From NCBI GenBank assembly GCA_965645245.1, contig OZ287069.1, forward strand, positions 3,162,001-3,226,000: a DNA stretch of 64,000 bases, in the 5' to 3' direction. Shown here one piece after another: positions 26,081 through 39,617 of the stretch (its first letter is position 1; the number at the start of each line of letters is the position of its first letter). Both the position numbers and the translations under genes were made by a program. The notes under the pieces are model-generated. The model worked only from the letters and a program-made list of their open reading frames with translations, had not been told where the DNA came from and made no database searches. This stretch comes from Massalongia carnosa. Lineage: Eukaryota.

Positions 26081-27678
26081 ATAATTGAACTAAACCAAAC
26101 CAAATGAAAAGAGTACGATAATGGGAGTCGAAAACGAGTCGTGGAAGTGACGGAGAAGATCAGAACCATTCTGTACAGGGCATGTTTATAGATATACCTA
26201 TCTATCCCGAAACCACGAAAAAGGGGGAAATGCTCGTAGAATCAATCAATAACCGGCTCTCACGATAGCAAACGTCAAGATGACGTTTTTGGATATTTAT
26301 CCGTACATGCATACTTGTCTAATTTTTCATCGTTCAGAGTTTTTGGGGGGGGGGGTTAAAACCAACCATCTTCATATTCACGATACATGCACAGCTACCT
26401 CATTTTTCTGCCAACTTCATCCTTGCTTATCAATCTTTCTTTTCTTCTCCTCTTCACCCATTTCCTTCTTAACCCCTTCCCCTTTCTACAAGCCATCCCG
26501 TCAAACCCAACACCCCCACCCCTCTTCGTCCAACCATCCAATTCCCAACTCCCATCCCAAAATCTCACTAGCTATCCTACCAAAATTAGCATGCAAACAT
26601 CTCCGTCCCTCCCTCCGCCGTCAGGAAGAGAACTGGGGACAAAACAGAACCAAAAACAACAAAAAACGAAAAAGCCGAATCTACCTACCTACTTACTCAC
26701 TTTACCTATTTTGTCTAGAACCGTCGTCTCCTCGAGATATTTTTTGGTGCATAGCTGAGGGTGGGATGTTGAAGAATGTTGGTCCGACATTGGCTGAGTG
26801 GGATGGGATGAAAAAAAAGCGGTGGGAGGGGCATTTTTTTGTGGTAGGTAGGTAAATCGATATGTGGATAAATCGATAAATGGAATGATCACTTCCTTAA
26901 TGATGGAGGATGACAAGTTCGTTGGTTGTGGTAGGAGTAGGAAGCGGCATGAAGGGGAATTTCTGAAGATTTCGTATTAGCGGCTGCGTGAGCTTCTTGA
27001 TTGTGAATATTCCAAAAAAAAGGCAAAAATGCGAAGATGCCGCGCCCTAGGAGTCTCTCGGTTCAATGCCAAACCTAGTCTGTCAAATGAGTTAAGGAAC
27101 AGTATTGAAGTGTCGACGAAATAAAGCGTAGGAGATGGATTGATTGAATAATACATTAATCGAGTTTGTATGATACTGTACTTTTCTCCCTTCTCCCCCC
27201 CCTTTTTCTTTTTCAAGATCATTAGTTCTCGAACCTCCGTGTCGGTAACTAAGTGGAGGAAGAGGGTGGCGGCTTCATTTTAAGGAGTTGAGCGATAACG
27301 TCAGCGGCCCCAGATCCCTCTTTCCTTAGCTTCAGAGCTCTATGTAGCCAGGTGGATTTGAGTAACAGCTCGATTTGGCAGATTTCATTTGGTACCCTCC
27401 CCTTCCTTCCCCTAAGCCCCGAGTTTTCCGGAATGCTTATGGCGAGAAGAAGACCTGAGGACTTAAATGGCCAAGGGGTTCGTGAGCGGAGAAGAGATTG
27501 AACGACCTTAGGAAGGTTGGAAGTAACCATGTATATGAAGAAGGTATGTGTAGCGTGTTTTTACCTGTTTCAGATTGCACTCTGTTATATATCTTCAGCA
27601 ACGCAATGAATTGAAACAGTCAGAGTAGTTACTCCTCAATGCTCTCCCGCGGACCGAAACCGAATGAGCATTGGTTGA

Positions 27679-28588
27679 TTAGTTGAAAAAATCGAAAACA
27701 TGATGGCCGAATGGACTTTCTGGATGGAAGAAGTTTCGATCGCATACGAAACCCGTTCCTAATCCGGGCTATCCAGATCAACATTCAGAAATACGTTGAC
27801 TTTGGCGGCGTATCTGATGCTGGGGGAACTCTAACGTAGAGACTGAGAATCAAAACACTTACCACGGTAACCTCATGACCCTCGTTCAACACGAACTGCT
27901 TACAGCACCAGACTTTTGTTATATCCATGCACTCGGGACGGAAACAGTTGCCCAAATCTACACCTCACCATGTCAGTTGCGTGTTCTCGGAAACGCACAA
28001 TGCATGAGATGGGATGATATAATGGAGAGAACATGTACATTTCCAGCAGTTGTCAACGAAAGTGTTATACGGGCCGATTTCTCCAACGCAGCACAGCGTT
28101 TCCCACCAGATAAAATTATTCATTGTAAACTTGGGTGGTGGGCAAAGTACTTCAACTTTTAGGCATTCACAAAGTTCCCCCCGCAGTTTGATGGCCCTTC
28201 TACTGTTGCCGGAAAGAGTTTTGCAGAACTTCCCATGTGAATTGGGGCTGCTGGGTATGGCTTGCACCTTGGCAGACTCGGAAACCAAATCTGCGTTTGG
28301 AATCTCTAAGTTGCCGGACATTAAGTCTGTTGACTGGCTGGGAATGGTGATATCGTTGATTTCTGCTGCGGTGGGATTGTTTCCATCTATCTCATCTTTT
28401 TGTGAGCTTGATTTCATCGTTGTATCAAGTTCACCCAGGTTTTCAACTGTTGGCGCCGAGAAAGCAGCAACATCACCAATATCTGCAAGAAAAGACCCAG
28501 TGCTCCAATCCGGAGCCAGCGCAAGAACGAAACACAAGCCAAGTGTTTTGGGGGAAGCTACGAGGAGAAAAATCATCAAGATACGCAT
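27679..28588 (-). CDS. Secreted Cys-rich protein C (244 aa) with a hydrophobin-like 8-Cys core plus extra Cys
   Basis: Hydrophobic N-terminus MRILMIFLLVASPKTLGLCFVLALA, then an acidic spacer. Exons 28588-28039, 27957-27863, 27768-27679 total 735 nt. Core spacing C-x16-CC-x13-C-x11-C-x7-CC-x21-C, containing ...LGTGFVCDRNFF. Confidence 0.7.
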
Positions 28589-28955
28589 GCTGAAGTAGAT
28601 AGTGTAATGTATTAAACCCCTCAGAGAGAAAACGATAAAAAAAGATACAGGGAACGAGCAGAGTCTTTACTCAAACGGAATGAGTTTGAAGATCACATTT
28701 CAAGCCGTCTCCGAGCCGTTTCCTTGACTTTTGGTATTTCTTACGTCTACGATCACCAATGATACGAAGTGATGACAGAATTCTTCAAATCTCACACTAA
28801 GATTAGGCGAGCATCTCAAGTTTCGTATTGGTCAACCACTTCGTACAAAAAGTGCATCGATAGGCCGTCCTAGGTTGACAAACAGGTTGGCGGACGTTTC
28901 AGATTCCGAAGCGCCCCTCCTCGCGCAAAAGCCCCATCCGGATTATCTGACAATT

Positions 28956-30842
28956 CTACTGCTTCGCCTTTGTTCTTTCCAAATACTCTTTACGCGGCGC
29001 TTTGAGATCGGAGGCCGTACAAGGCGAAAAGAAATCCTCGAACCAGCCGCTACGATGACACGATAGCCCGAGCTCGCGCAGCAGTTTGTCGGTGTATCCG
29101 ATAAGATCGTAATGCAAGAAATTACCACTGGCGCCGTTATTGAGATATCTTCGCTTGCACCAAGCGTTTGTGAGCGCAATCTCTGATTGCATGGCCTTTG
29201 GGGAGGGTAGCGCGATTTGTTTATCTAAAAACGCAGTTGCCCATATGGCCTGACACTCGGCGGCCCTGAAGGCGTTGGGTACATAAATATGACCAAGAAA
29301 CACAATCGAGTCATCCTGCGGCGAAGCAATACAATTGTAAAGCCGATATGGTGTTGTGGAGGTGGGCTTTTCGTGATATGCGGGAGGTTTTGCAAGGCGA
29401 GGGAATTGAGCAAGGACTTGATACTCCGCGTCGATCTGGAGTTTGGTCCAATCTGAATCGTCTATCGTAGGTTGATCAAGGCGGTGCGGAAGGCCGAGCT
29501 GTACGATCTGGTCTTGCGAAAAAAAACCGGCGGCGCAAGGCGTCCAGCCAGTACCGCAGAGAAGAACATCGGTGGGAATTTCGGTGCCATCGGCCAAGCG
29601 CACCATATGGTCATCAAGCTCAAGTATATCTTCACGGTAAATTTGAACATTCTCGGCAACCGTTTGCCAGAAATCGGGGTGTTGGATTAACCCTAGGGTA
29701 TCGTTAGACCAGAAGATTCTGGGACTTAAGTCAGTTGTGCTATTTGATTTTCGCAAGGAATGGCAAAATCTACATCGTACTGGGCTTGAGCTTTTTAAAG
29801 CTTTCCAATGCTCCAGGTCTTTTATCAAAGTTGGCCCCGGCACGACTGACGTTATCAGCGGTGTTCCAGATCTGGCTAACCATCCAGTTGCCAACCGCCG
29901 TCTTGTTGAGAAATCTTGTCCACTTAGTCTGGGGGGTGAAGTAGGAAGGAGTAAATGTGCTCATAATTCTCGTGAATCCCAGCTCAGCAGAGTTTTTGTA
30001 ACGTCCCCTGCCCTCAGAGCCCAGAAAGGCCGCGGGACCACTTCCGGATTTCCTAATCACCCATGACACTGACTTCCCTGCTTTTACGCACGAGTAGACC
30101 ATGTCCGCGGCTGATTTGGCTCCCCCAAGAACCGTAACATGTTTATCGCTGGACGTGAGCACCGTGGACTGACCGAAATATTTCTGATGTAATATCATTC
30201 CTTTGAAACTGTCTCGGTTTGGTAAAATAGGCATATTTGGTGTGGATGTCAAGCCGCTCGCTATCATCACTTTGGGTGTATGGAATATCACAGCAGACTT
30301 GCTTTCATTATAGAAACCGTGAACATTCCACTTTTCGTTGACTTTTTCCACCTTAGTCACAGTGAACCCGAAAACCATCCTGTCGCGTAAACTCTGGCCG
30401 TTATACGTGAACTCATCCACATAATTTTCTAGGTACTCAGCAACGTATTTTGCCTCATAGAGCTCATGTAAAGTCTCCTGAGGACGAGTCATTGGTAAAT
30501 CCGAAAACTCGGCCATTCCTAGCCCAATCTGGGACCAGAACGTAGGGTATAATCGCTCTACGTGGCCGATAAATCATTAGCCTTTAGGCATAACACAATT
30601 CTATCCGCCATGTAGTAATATGTTCTTACTGGTATTCCATGAACCCCCCGGGCATGTGTCTTGCTCCAACACGGCTAGTCGGCAATCTGGATGAGCGTCC
30701 ATGTAAAATTTGGAAGCAGCCATGCCGTAGAGGCCTGTTACATACTCGGGTGAGCAAAGCTTCATATCCAGCGGATTAAAAAGATTGGTCGGTTCTTACC
30801 TGCCCCTACCACCACGACATCAAGTTCACGAACGTTCGTCAT
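28956..30842 (-). CDS. Class B flavin-dependent monooxygenase (FMO-like) #2, paralog of #1
   Basis: MTNVRELDVVVVGA|GLYG, PGGSW, FKGMILHQKYF, GGAKSAAD, CGTGW and AWCKRRYL. Three introns at positions equivalent to those of FMO #1. Confidence 0.9.
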
Positions 30843-32203
30843 CTCTAGTGAAGGAAGTATCCCTTGTTGTTCACACTATTTCCTCAAGGATTTTCGAGAG
30901 TCGCTGGAGGTAGTCAAAGACTATTCAGAAATAAATCTTAAATAAAGGAGGAGAAAAGCGATGATAAAAAAATTCAAAGAGTTTGGACTGACAGTTAGAT
31001 GCCGGCCTAGTTATCCGAGGCTTTGATGTTTAGATTCACGCCTTGAACACCGTTTTCTTGTGACTCGAGAGAAATTTAAATAACCTTACACCTAAAACAA
31101 AGACAAAATTCAGCCTACGCAATGAAGAAGAAAATGTCAGAGAAGCACAAAGAGTCCCAGACCAACATGCGTCGCTCTGAGAGACTGTATGCCCCTTGCC
31201 GCATGCATGTTAACGGTTCACTCTAGGTAGCTAATGCAATGCACGTCAGCCTCAATGACCATTGCATCGTCTGAGGTGAGAAAGCTTAATCAAACAAGGC
31301 ACAGCTTTAGTGGAAAGATTATATATTTTGACGAATGAGAGACGACCACACTCAATATTCTGAACGTCGTAATCATTTAGGTTCACGTAAGAATAGATAC
31401 TCTATATACATACCTGGTTATGTTACCACACCTGTATGGTATCTCAGGTATAGTACTTTGTTCCTCTTTCGATAGACAAGTGGCGTTGGCGATTTCAAGC
31501 ATATGTTTCAGTGCATCTGAAGGAACAGACGACTCGGTATGCTTGTTGATTTTCTGCATGCCTCATGCTCAGTGCTAATTTGGATACCCAATGCCATTAG
31601 TGTCTCTTGTACGATAAAATTTGCTAGATTTTATGGTTTCGACTTCGCAGAAGCTTAAGGCTAACCCCCATCTACCTTACTCTATACGTACTACTACTCT
31701 ACTTTGTATTTGGAACTCATATTCCTCATACCTACATTTGATCCCTGGTAGCGTGTTTCTTTGCATGTTCCATCAACTTTCGTGCACAGCACTATTCGAT
31801 GACTTAGCGGCCACCTACATAGCTGCGCTATAGGATGGCTATGGCTATGGCTATGGTGAATCAGCCTTCCGGTTATTCTGGGGCATGGATCATCGGAATG
31901 AAAAATCTGCTGATAGCAAAGAAACACGGCAAATGTGCTCGGCGTGGATTAGAAATTAATCGTTTGAGGAACATGGATGTCTCCATTCAATCGCCGAAGG
32001 CTCCTGTGTCCCTAAAGCTGGACGACGTCCCTGAGCTATGGCCGCCACGGAGATGAAACCTAGTCTAGATCGATCTTCTCAGTTAGCGATGTACTGTGCC
32101 TGCTGCGAGATGGAGGGTTGTCCTTATAACGGTCATGTTCAGAGATCTCTTATGTACCATCACATAGATTCTTTCGTTGTTTCTGTGCTGATCATCACAC
32201 AAG

Positions 32204-34295
32204 ATGTATAGGATATTGGTAGACTTGAATCTTTTATCTCATCTATCTTTACAGATTTTACAATATGTTTCCATTCATTATGCCACTTTATTCATCAACA
32301 GAAAGGTTCAGAGCTACATCTATCCAGTAACAAACTCTCCATCAACCTATATTTTCTCAAATATAGATAATCATCTAATTTTTCTCCAAGAAACATCAGG
32401 GTAAACCTAGCAGTCAAACGACCACTTTCGTCAGTCGATGGATTGAAGCTTTTAGATTTCTTTTCTCTGCGCCAGACCTGTTGGTGAGAAAATATGTACG
32501 GGTACATGTTCCTTGTATGAAAAACCACTTTACTGATGTGTTTTCATTCAGATTTCAGGAGTTCCTTATATCATAGAAACGCCGGAAAGACGCTATGTTG
32601 CTGTATCTTCCGAGGAGCATATCAAAGAATTGGCTCGAGCCTCGGAAGAGCAGCTCTCCTTAGTCGCCACAGCAGAAGAGGTATGAGTCACTCCTCCAAG
32701 AACCTCTTGAGCCTCATGCTGAAATTTATCCTATAAGATGTTCCAACCGAAACATACCATGAATGGCGTTGAGCTTCATCGTCTCAAGATGCAGCATCGT
32801 ATTTTGCGAGTTTTGACTTCAACTCTTCCATCACTCCAATTATCTTTCCAAGAAATCGTGCGAAAAGCGATTTCCGGAGAGATTGCCGGAGGGGGAGATT
32901 CCAATGGTAGGGCTTTTCGACCTTTGGTAGTTGGCATGATAAAATCACTCATTGTTTTGACATCGTAGGTTGGACGACGATTCAAACTTTCCCGGCCATC
33001 AAAAATATCGTGGGGAAATCCAACATCTATTCCTTCTACGGGGAAGCTTATAGTAAGTTCCGCGTATCAAGATACTCCGTATGCTGAATATTTATTTAGT
33101 CAACAACCCTCAATTTCTAGCAGCAGCAATACAATATCCTCAGGATGTTGCTCTTGCAGCCGAGGTCTTACGATGCACCCCAAAGCCACTAGCATCGTAA
33201 GTTATCTAAGCTTACCTCTTGGCTGTTACATCCTGACGTTTCCAGAGTTGTCGCCTACATCGTAACGCGAAGACATAAAGCTTCAAAGGATTTGATACGT
33301 TTTCTTACCCCGATGATTGAGCAACGTTTGCTAGCTAAAGGCAATGATAACCTTCCACATGAGAAGCCTGTTTGTATCCTTACTATCAGTTTGCGTCGGT
33401 ACTAACGTGATCTAGAACGATTATGTTCAATGGACTATTGAGTCCTTTCCCGGAGGAGAGCCTCGCGCAGTTGAAAAGATAGTTAAACAAACTCTTGCTC
33501 TCTGGTTTGCTTCCATTCATCAACCAGCCATGGTAAGCATGCATTGATTTCTTCAACTTTATGAGTTGCTCTAAGTATCCCAAAGAGCCTAGTTTTTGCT
33601 CTCTATGATTTATGTACCCATCCGGAGTACATTGAACCCTTGCGACAGGAAATAGCAGAGAACTCAACAGATGCCGGCACGATGAACGCAGAGAACATGC
33701 CACATCTCGATAGTTTCCTGAAAGAGTCCGCGCGCCTCAACTCATCAGAATCTAGTAAGTTTTATTGGTAATAACTCGGAAGGGTTACAGGTTTACAAGT
33801 CTGAATTGTAGTCACACTCCGACGGAAGGCGATGGTCCCGTACACCTTCCAAGATGGAACACACGTTCCGTTGGGTGATTGGGCTTGTGTTCCGCAACGA
33901 GCTCTCTTGCGCGACTCGAACATTTACCCTGATGCAACTACATTCAACGGCTTTCGTTTTGTCAACACTAGCAAGAAAGACGCACCGAGCGTGAAATATC
34001 GAAAACTTACAGACCTCGACCATCTTTTCCCGATATGGGGTTTAGGAAAGCAAGCATGGTAAGTTCTTCGATTTTAAGCAGGTCGAAAATAAGATTCTGC
34101 TGATCCACCTGCCCAACCCTTAGCCCGGGAAGATTTTATGCCACATTCATCATGAAAATGGTATTTGCACATTTTCTGCAGCACTATGACATCAAGTTGG
34201 CGGACGAAGCGGCTTCACGAACCTTTACATGGCGCTCTGCTACTGTACCATTTTCTCATACCGTGATCTGTATTCGTCCGCGTATGAAAATTTAA
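32204..34295 (+). CDS. Cytochrome P450 #1 (intron-rich, secondary-metabolism type; probably the ent-kaurene-oxidase-like clan)
   Basis: About 9 introns. I-helix LALWFASIHQPAM, ExxR motif LDSFLKESAR, FNGFRF, and heme motif WGLGKQAC|PGRFYA with the Cys codon split by an intron. Stop at 34293-34295. The start codon is inferred. Confidence 0.85.
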
Positions 34296-35538
34296 CTAAT
34301 GATATGAATTTTGCGATGGGCGGGCATAATTGGAGTACATAGACCTGGATATATTCTTGCTGTTTCTGTAACTCTAGAGATAACTCAAACTTTTCGTTAC
34401 ATGATTGCCGACAAGAAGGACTTACATTCATGATCGTATGATAAACCTGTCTAACTAGGAAGCAACTTCATCCATCTAGCATCTCATTTCGTCCTATCCA
34501 CGCCGCCGGCGTACCCCTAATAATTCCCTCTAGTCTCGGCCTTACTAATTTCATCATCAGCGCCTAATCCCACTTCACGTCAAGATCTATTTCCGAACCA
34601 GCCATCTCTACAGCTCCTGCGCCTGATCTCCCGTCTATCTCTGTACGACCTCATCCAACGCAGTCCTTATCCCCTTAGCCGCAGGTACCATCATGTTGGG
34701 GGCGGGCTCCACAGGATACATTCTAGTTTTGTTCTACAGCCTAGGATGGAAGGAACTAAGGATGTACAGAATGTGTTGGATACTTTGTTTTCCAACTAGA
34801 GGTGCGAGGATGCAAGGGTGCAAGGATAGGTCGGTTCGGGCCTTGCCTAGGAAGTGTTGGTGGAGGAGGGCTCAGACTTGCGGTTAAGCAGGTCACCGGA
34901 TCAGCCACCAACATCTTGTGCATGTAGGTTACTAGAGTAGTCGTGGGTGATGCTTAATTAAAGTGGCTTTTTAATAATTCCGCTAGGGTCGTGGTTACTA
35001 CCGTAACGTTATGTATCGAAATCTATATATAGTATGTACACGGCATTAACGAGTATTCTAGGTCTGAACTCAATCTGTGCGTATTAGCCCAATTCCTCGT
35101 CTCAGCTCAAACTCAGACAATACGCAATACGAGCGAGTGGTGCTGGGAAAGCTTTTCTCAAGATGAGCAGGACAAGCTGCCGCAGCCACAAGGATAGTGA
35201 CCTAAGTCTAGAATGCTGGAAGAGCTTCAGATAGAGTAATATCTCCGTTAGATTTGCTGTGCCTTGCAGCAGGAGATGACAAACTGCAAACTACTCAGGC
35301 CAGTGAAGAAAAGACAGAAAGCCTAAGGTAAGTATGACTCGATTGTCACCTTTCATCGAAGATTCCCGATGCTATTGATACTTCGAATAGCGTAGTGCTT
35401 CTGGATGATTAGTATTGCAGGATAGAAAACTAAAGATACTCATTTATCTCTATTGCTGCTACGTGTAATAGCAGGCCAATTTCTACACACTTAGATCGTC
35501 TACCTTTAGCATCGGCGATTTTATCCTCATCACCCAAG

Positions 35539-37415
35539 ATGTTTCAAGAGCAGTTTGATCATCTGCTTAACAAGTTGATTTTGCTTGTCCAGAGAATCGA
35601 CAGCCGTGGCGCATTATTGGTTTTGCTCTCAATTACTCCTTTTCTTGTCCTAGTGCTTTGGCGACTATGGAGGTTTTCAGTTATGCCTTTGTTTCATCCT
35701 GATAAGCCCAAGGAACTACCATATTGGATACCATGTAAGCAGAACCTCAAGACTATACCTATATTGATAGAATCTAATGAGCTTGAAGATTTAGGTAGGC
35801 TCCATATCACTGTACAAATAATCCGTCTGACGGAGTCAACCTGATCTATAGGCCATGCCATTCAGTATATCAAAAATGGCCAAGGCGTACTCACATATGG
35901 ACGGTAAGTCTAATATGAATCTCAATAAAGTGATCGATTGGGTGTACTGATTAAATCGATAAGAGAATATTTCCAAAACAGCAGAGAACCATTCACGATC
36001 ACTCTCGGTGGTGAAAAGCTCTATATCTTGACTTCACCGGAGGATGTAGCCGTTGCTTACAAAAACACCACACACCTTACTTTTGACCATGTTGTCTACG
36101 AGCTTTCAATTACATTTGGAGTCACGCATGCTGCCATGGATAAGGCTTATCGAAAACCCACCCGTGACGACGATAAACTGAGCCTGAAATTACGGATCAA
36201 CAACCCTCAACTTAAGAGCTTGACTCAGCTGAACAGCGATTTTTATAAGCAACAGCTCCACCCTGGCGAAAAATTCGATCTCCTACAAAAAAGATTTCTA
36301 GAATTGATAGATAAATCCATCCGCCCAGAAAGTCTCTCGTATCCATACGTCTTATCCTCGACTTTTGATGAAAAGATTGTTTCGCTACAAGGTTGGTGTC
36401 AGGATATCTTGTTGAATGCAGGCACAAAGGCTTTCTTTGGAGAAAAGATCTTGCAAATTGACCCTGATCTGATGCGGAACTTTTTAGATTTTGACGCTGA
36501 TAATTGGAAGTTGTGGTACAAATGGCCCCAGGCGAGAGAAATGCACGCGGCCAAGGCCAAGGTCACGAAGACTCTCCGGGAATACCTGAGGCTACCCCAT
36601 CATGATCGTGCGGACGCCGCTTGGCTAATTCAAAACATGGAGGCTACGCAGAGAGCAATCGGTATGGATGACCAGGACATTGCAACAGTATTGACTATGG
36701 TATATTTTGTGTATGAAAACCCCTATTTCAAATATCTTATAAACGTCTCTACTTTTGGAGGCTCGGTCACACTTTGCTAACCTCGGTAAATGCCCTCAGA
36801 GTCAATACAAACACCTATAAAGTTTGTTTCTGGGTAATGGCTCATCTTCTCCACTCTCCCACCCTCTACGAGACAATCCGCAACGAAACTGCCGCTGCAG
36901 TCCTCCCCCATGGCGGTATCAACACACCTTTTCTTCATGCAAGCTGCCCACATCTTGAATCCCTCTTCAACGAAGTCCTGCGCTTCGCCAGCGCCTCTTC
37001 CTCCATCCGCACCGTCACAGCACCCACTGCAATCGGGGGCAAGAAGTTTCCCAAGGGCGCCAGAGTCATGATCCCCTTCCGACAGCTCCATTACAACGAT
37101 AATGTGTACGGTGCCGATGTTATGAGCTTCGATCCCGATCGCTTCTTTCGCAACAAATCGCTGGCGCGTGGAAGCAGCTATCGGCCTTTCGGTGGGGGCA
37201 CTTCGTATTGCCCGGGTCGCTTCATTGCTCGGCAGGAAGTATATTACGTCGTAACGCTGGTGTTGCATCGCTTTAGCGTTCGTGTTGTGGGACCGGTTGG
37301 AACGGATGGTCAACCAGCGTTCCCTCGGATGGATGAATGGAGGCCTACCACAGGGTTGATGAGTCCAGTTGTTGGGGAGGATGTTTTGATCGGCGTGAAG
37401 GCGTTTCGCGGATGA
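35539..37415 (+). CDS. Cytochrome P450 #2 (CYP7/CYP8-like type)
   Basis: N-terminal TM anchor, PKELPYWIP(YL)GH, I-helix VNTNTYKVCFW, NEVLR, FDPDRF and heme motif PFGGGTSYCPGR. Confidence 0.92.
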
Positions 37416-38220
37416 GCGCTGTGTACATATTGTTTTCTTGGGGGGAAGGGGGGTGCCATTTCCTGAGATATAGCATTTGTGCTTTGAGACATTGTATCAT
37501 CGCTGTCACTGCATTCGAGAACTCAGTTACTTCCTCTACAAATACTCAATCATCGATCTACTCTATACTCTGTAGATTATCTCCTTGTAAAATTCATAGC
37601 AGTTTGCGCCACAACCGCATCGAGGCCCCCTAAACAACCCCCTCGTCTACAACCCCCCTCGTCTACTTGCTTCACTCCCCAGGCAAATCCCTGTATATGG
37701 CACCTTAGCGCGGGAATCATGCTCGATGAATGCATCCTCGCCGTTAGATAATGGAATGGTAAAAATGATGTACATATTGGTAGCAGCCCTAAATTAGGGT
37801 TCTACTATCGAGGGCGGGGAATGATGACACAACATATGGAGGATCCTGATCTATATTTAATCGGCTTTAAGTTAAGCCACCGAGAGCTCTGATCCGCTAA
37901 CGAGCTCCAAACCTGTATGCAATGTATTGATCCTGTTTCAATACGATACTACGTACATATCGTATATCAAATCATTGACTTTGACCTCGCACAATGCAGG
38001 CCAACATGTACTACGCAGAGTCATGCCACCTGAATGCATGGCAATTAGGCTGAAATAGAAATTGAATTTTACAGGATGGATTCATAAAAATCATCTTCCT
38101 GCGCCATGCGCCCACGACCATCTTATGTCTGCCTTTCATCCTTAGATAATCTACTGGATTTTCCATCGTAACAAAGCATCCCCCAGGCTTCAAAATCTTC
38201 CACGCTTAGAATAATCAATC

Positions 38221-39617
38221 ATGAGTCTTGCTTCAATTCCTCCAGAGCAGCTTGCGTTGCTCCCCGCTGCCCAGCCTCCGCCGGGGGTGAAGCCTAATTT
38301 TGTGAACCCAGAGTCATGTGGGACGGCGGTGGTGATTGGTCTCGCCATTCCTTCGGCGGTCATGAGCATTGTGGTGCTGCTGAGACTGTACACAAAAGCC
38401 TACATTGTGCGTTCGCTGAGTTGGGATGATTGTGAGTCTTTACGATAGAGGATTTAAAGGTGTATGGACTAATCTCTGTCTGTAGATATCTCTGTGGCTG
38501 CAACGGTATTGAATCAATTGTAATGCCTTCATGCTCAAGTACTCATATGAGTGCAACAGATTGGCTCGCTTGCATACTTTGGCCTCTTGACTCATGGTAG
38601 GTTCTCTGTGCAACTCCACCTCCAAGCGTGGAGAAATTGATTCGACACAGCATTTACCCATGGCCTTGGAATCCACCAATGGAACGTCTCCGCATTGCAA
38701 CTTCTTTCCATGATAAAGGTTAGATGCTCTACTAATGGGCCGCATTTCTGCCTGGGACTGACATTTCAATAGGAATTGAACGCCATCAATTACCTCTATG
38801 GCCCATTCATGTTCCTCGCCAAACTGGCTATATGCTTACTATTCTTCCGCTTGTTTTCCCCAAATCGTAGAATGCGATGGCTTATCTACTTCGCTATCGC
38901 CTATAATTTTGTCCTTCATCTTGCCGGTACCCTTGTCGCCATCTTCATCTGCCTCCCCGGAAGTGCAAAGTTCTGGACTTGCTCCGGCAAGGTGACCACA
39001 TTGGACATTGTCATCAGTGGCATGAATATTTTCAGTGATTTCTATCTGTTGATTCTGCCCGTATTTGCTGTGTCGAGCTTGCAGATGCCAGCGGGAAGAA
39101 AGCTTGGGATTATTGCTGTCTTCTTGACTGGAGCTTTGTGAGTTTTGTTGGCTTACCTGGAATATGGACACTAGACACTAACAGCTCCTACAGTGCTTGC
39201 ATATCAAGCATTCTTGGTGAGGTGTACCGAGTACAGCTAGCGCGTAGCCCCGACATTACCTGGAATATCGCCTCCGTCTTGATCCTGGCGCAAGTGTCAC
39301 TTTCTAGAATCTCTTGCTTCAAATACTAACCTACACTTAGCGTACTTGAAATTGAAATTGCAATCATAGTTGGTTGTCTCCCGATACTCCCTGCCTTCTT
39401 CAAGCAGAAGAAATTGTTCTCGTTCAGCTTAGGATCTTTGATATCTCATCGTTATGGAAAATTCCGATCGAAGGGTTCAACGCCTTCCAAAGATCATCGA
39501 TCCAGCCTCTCGGATGGCACAGCCTCAAACAAGAATCTTGCCAAGGCAAAGAACTCGCTGTCGGAGAAGTCTTCCATTCAGTCTGAAAATGGCCATAGTT
39601 ATAGCGAGGCTGTTTGA
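38221..39617 (+). CDS. PTH11/SAT4-like rhodopsin-domain integral membrane protein (no CFEM domain)
   Basis: PPPGVKPNFVNP, LRLYTK...WDD, GLGIHQWNV, AKLAICLLFFRLF, NIFSDFYLLILP, LQMPAGRKLGI and EIEIAIIVGCLP across several small exons. Confidence 0.88.

Noticed and set aside
26100..27530. Short low-complexity ORFs as genes
   Set aside because: Homopolymer-rich sequence with no motifs or convincing splice structure.
31766..32056. MAMAMAM / GYGYGYG ORF as a RiPP precursor for the cluster
   Set aside because: It derives from a (GGCTAT)n microsatellite. There is no signal peptide, no Kex2-flanked repeated core and no DUF3328 gene nearby.
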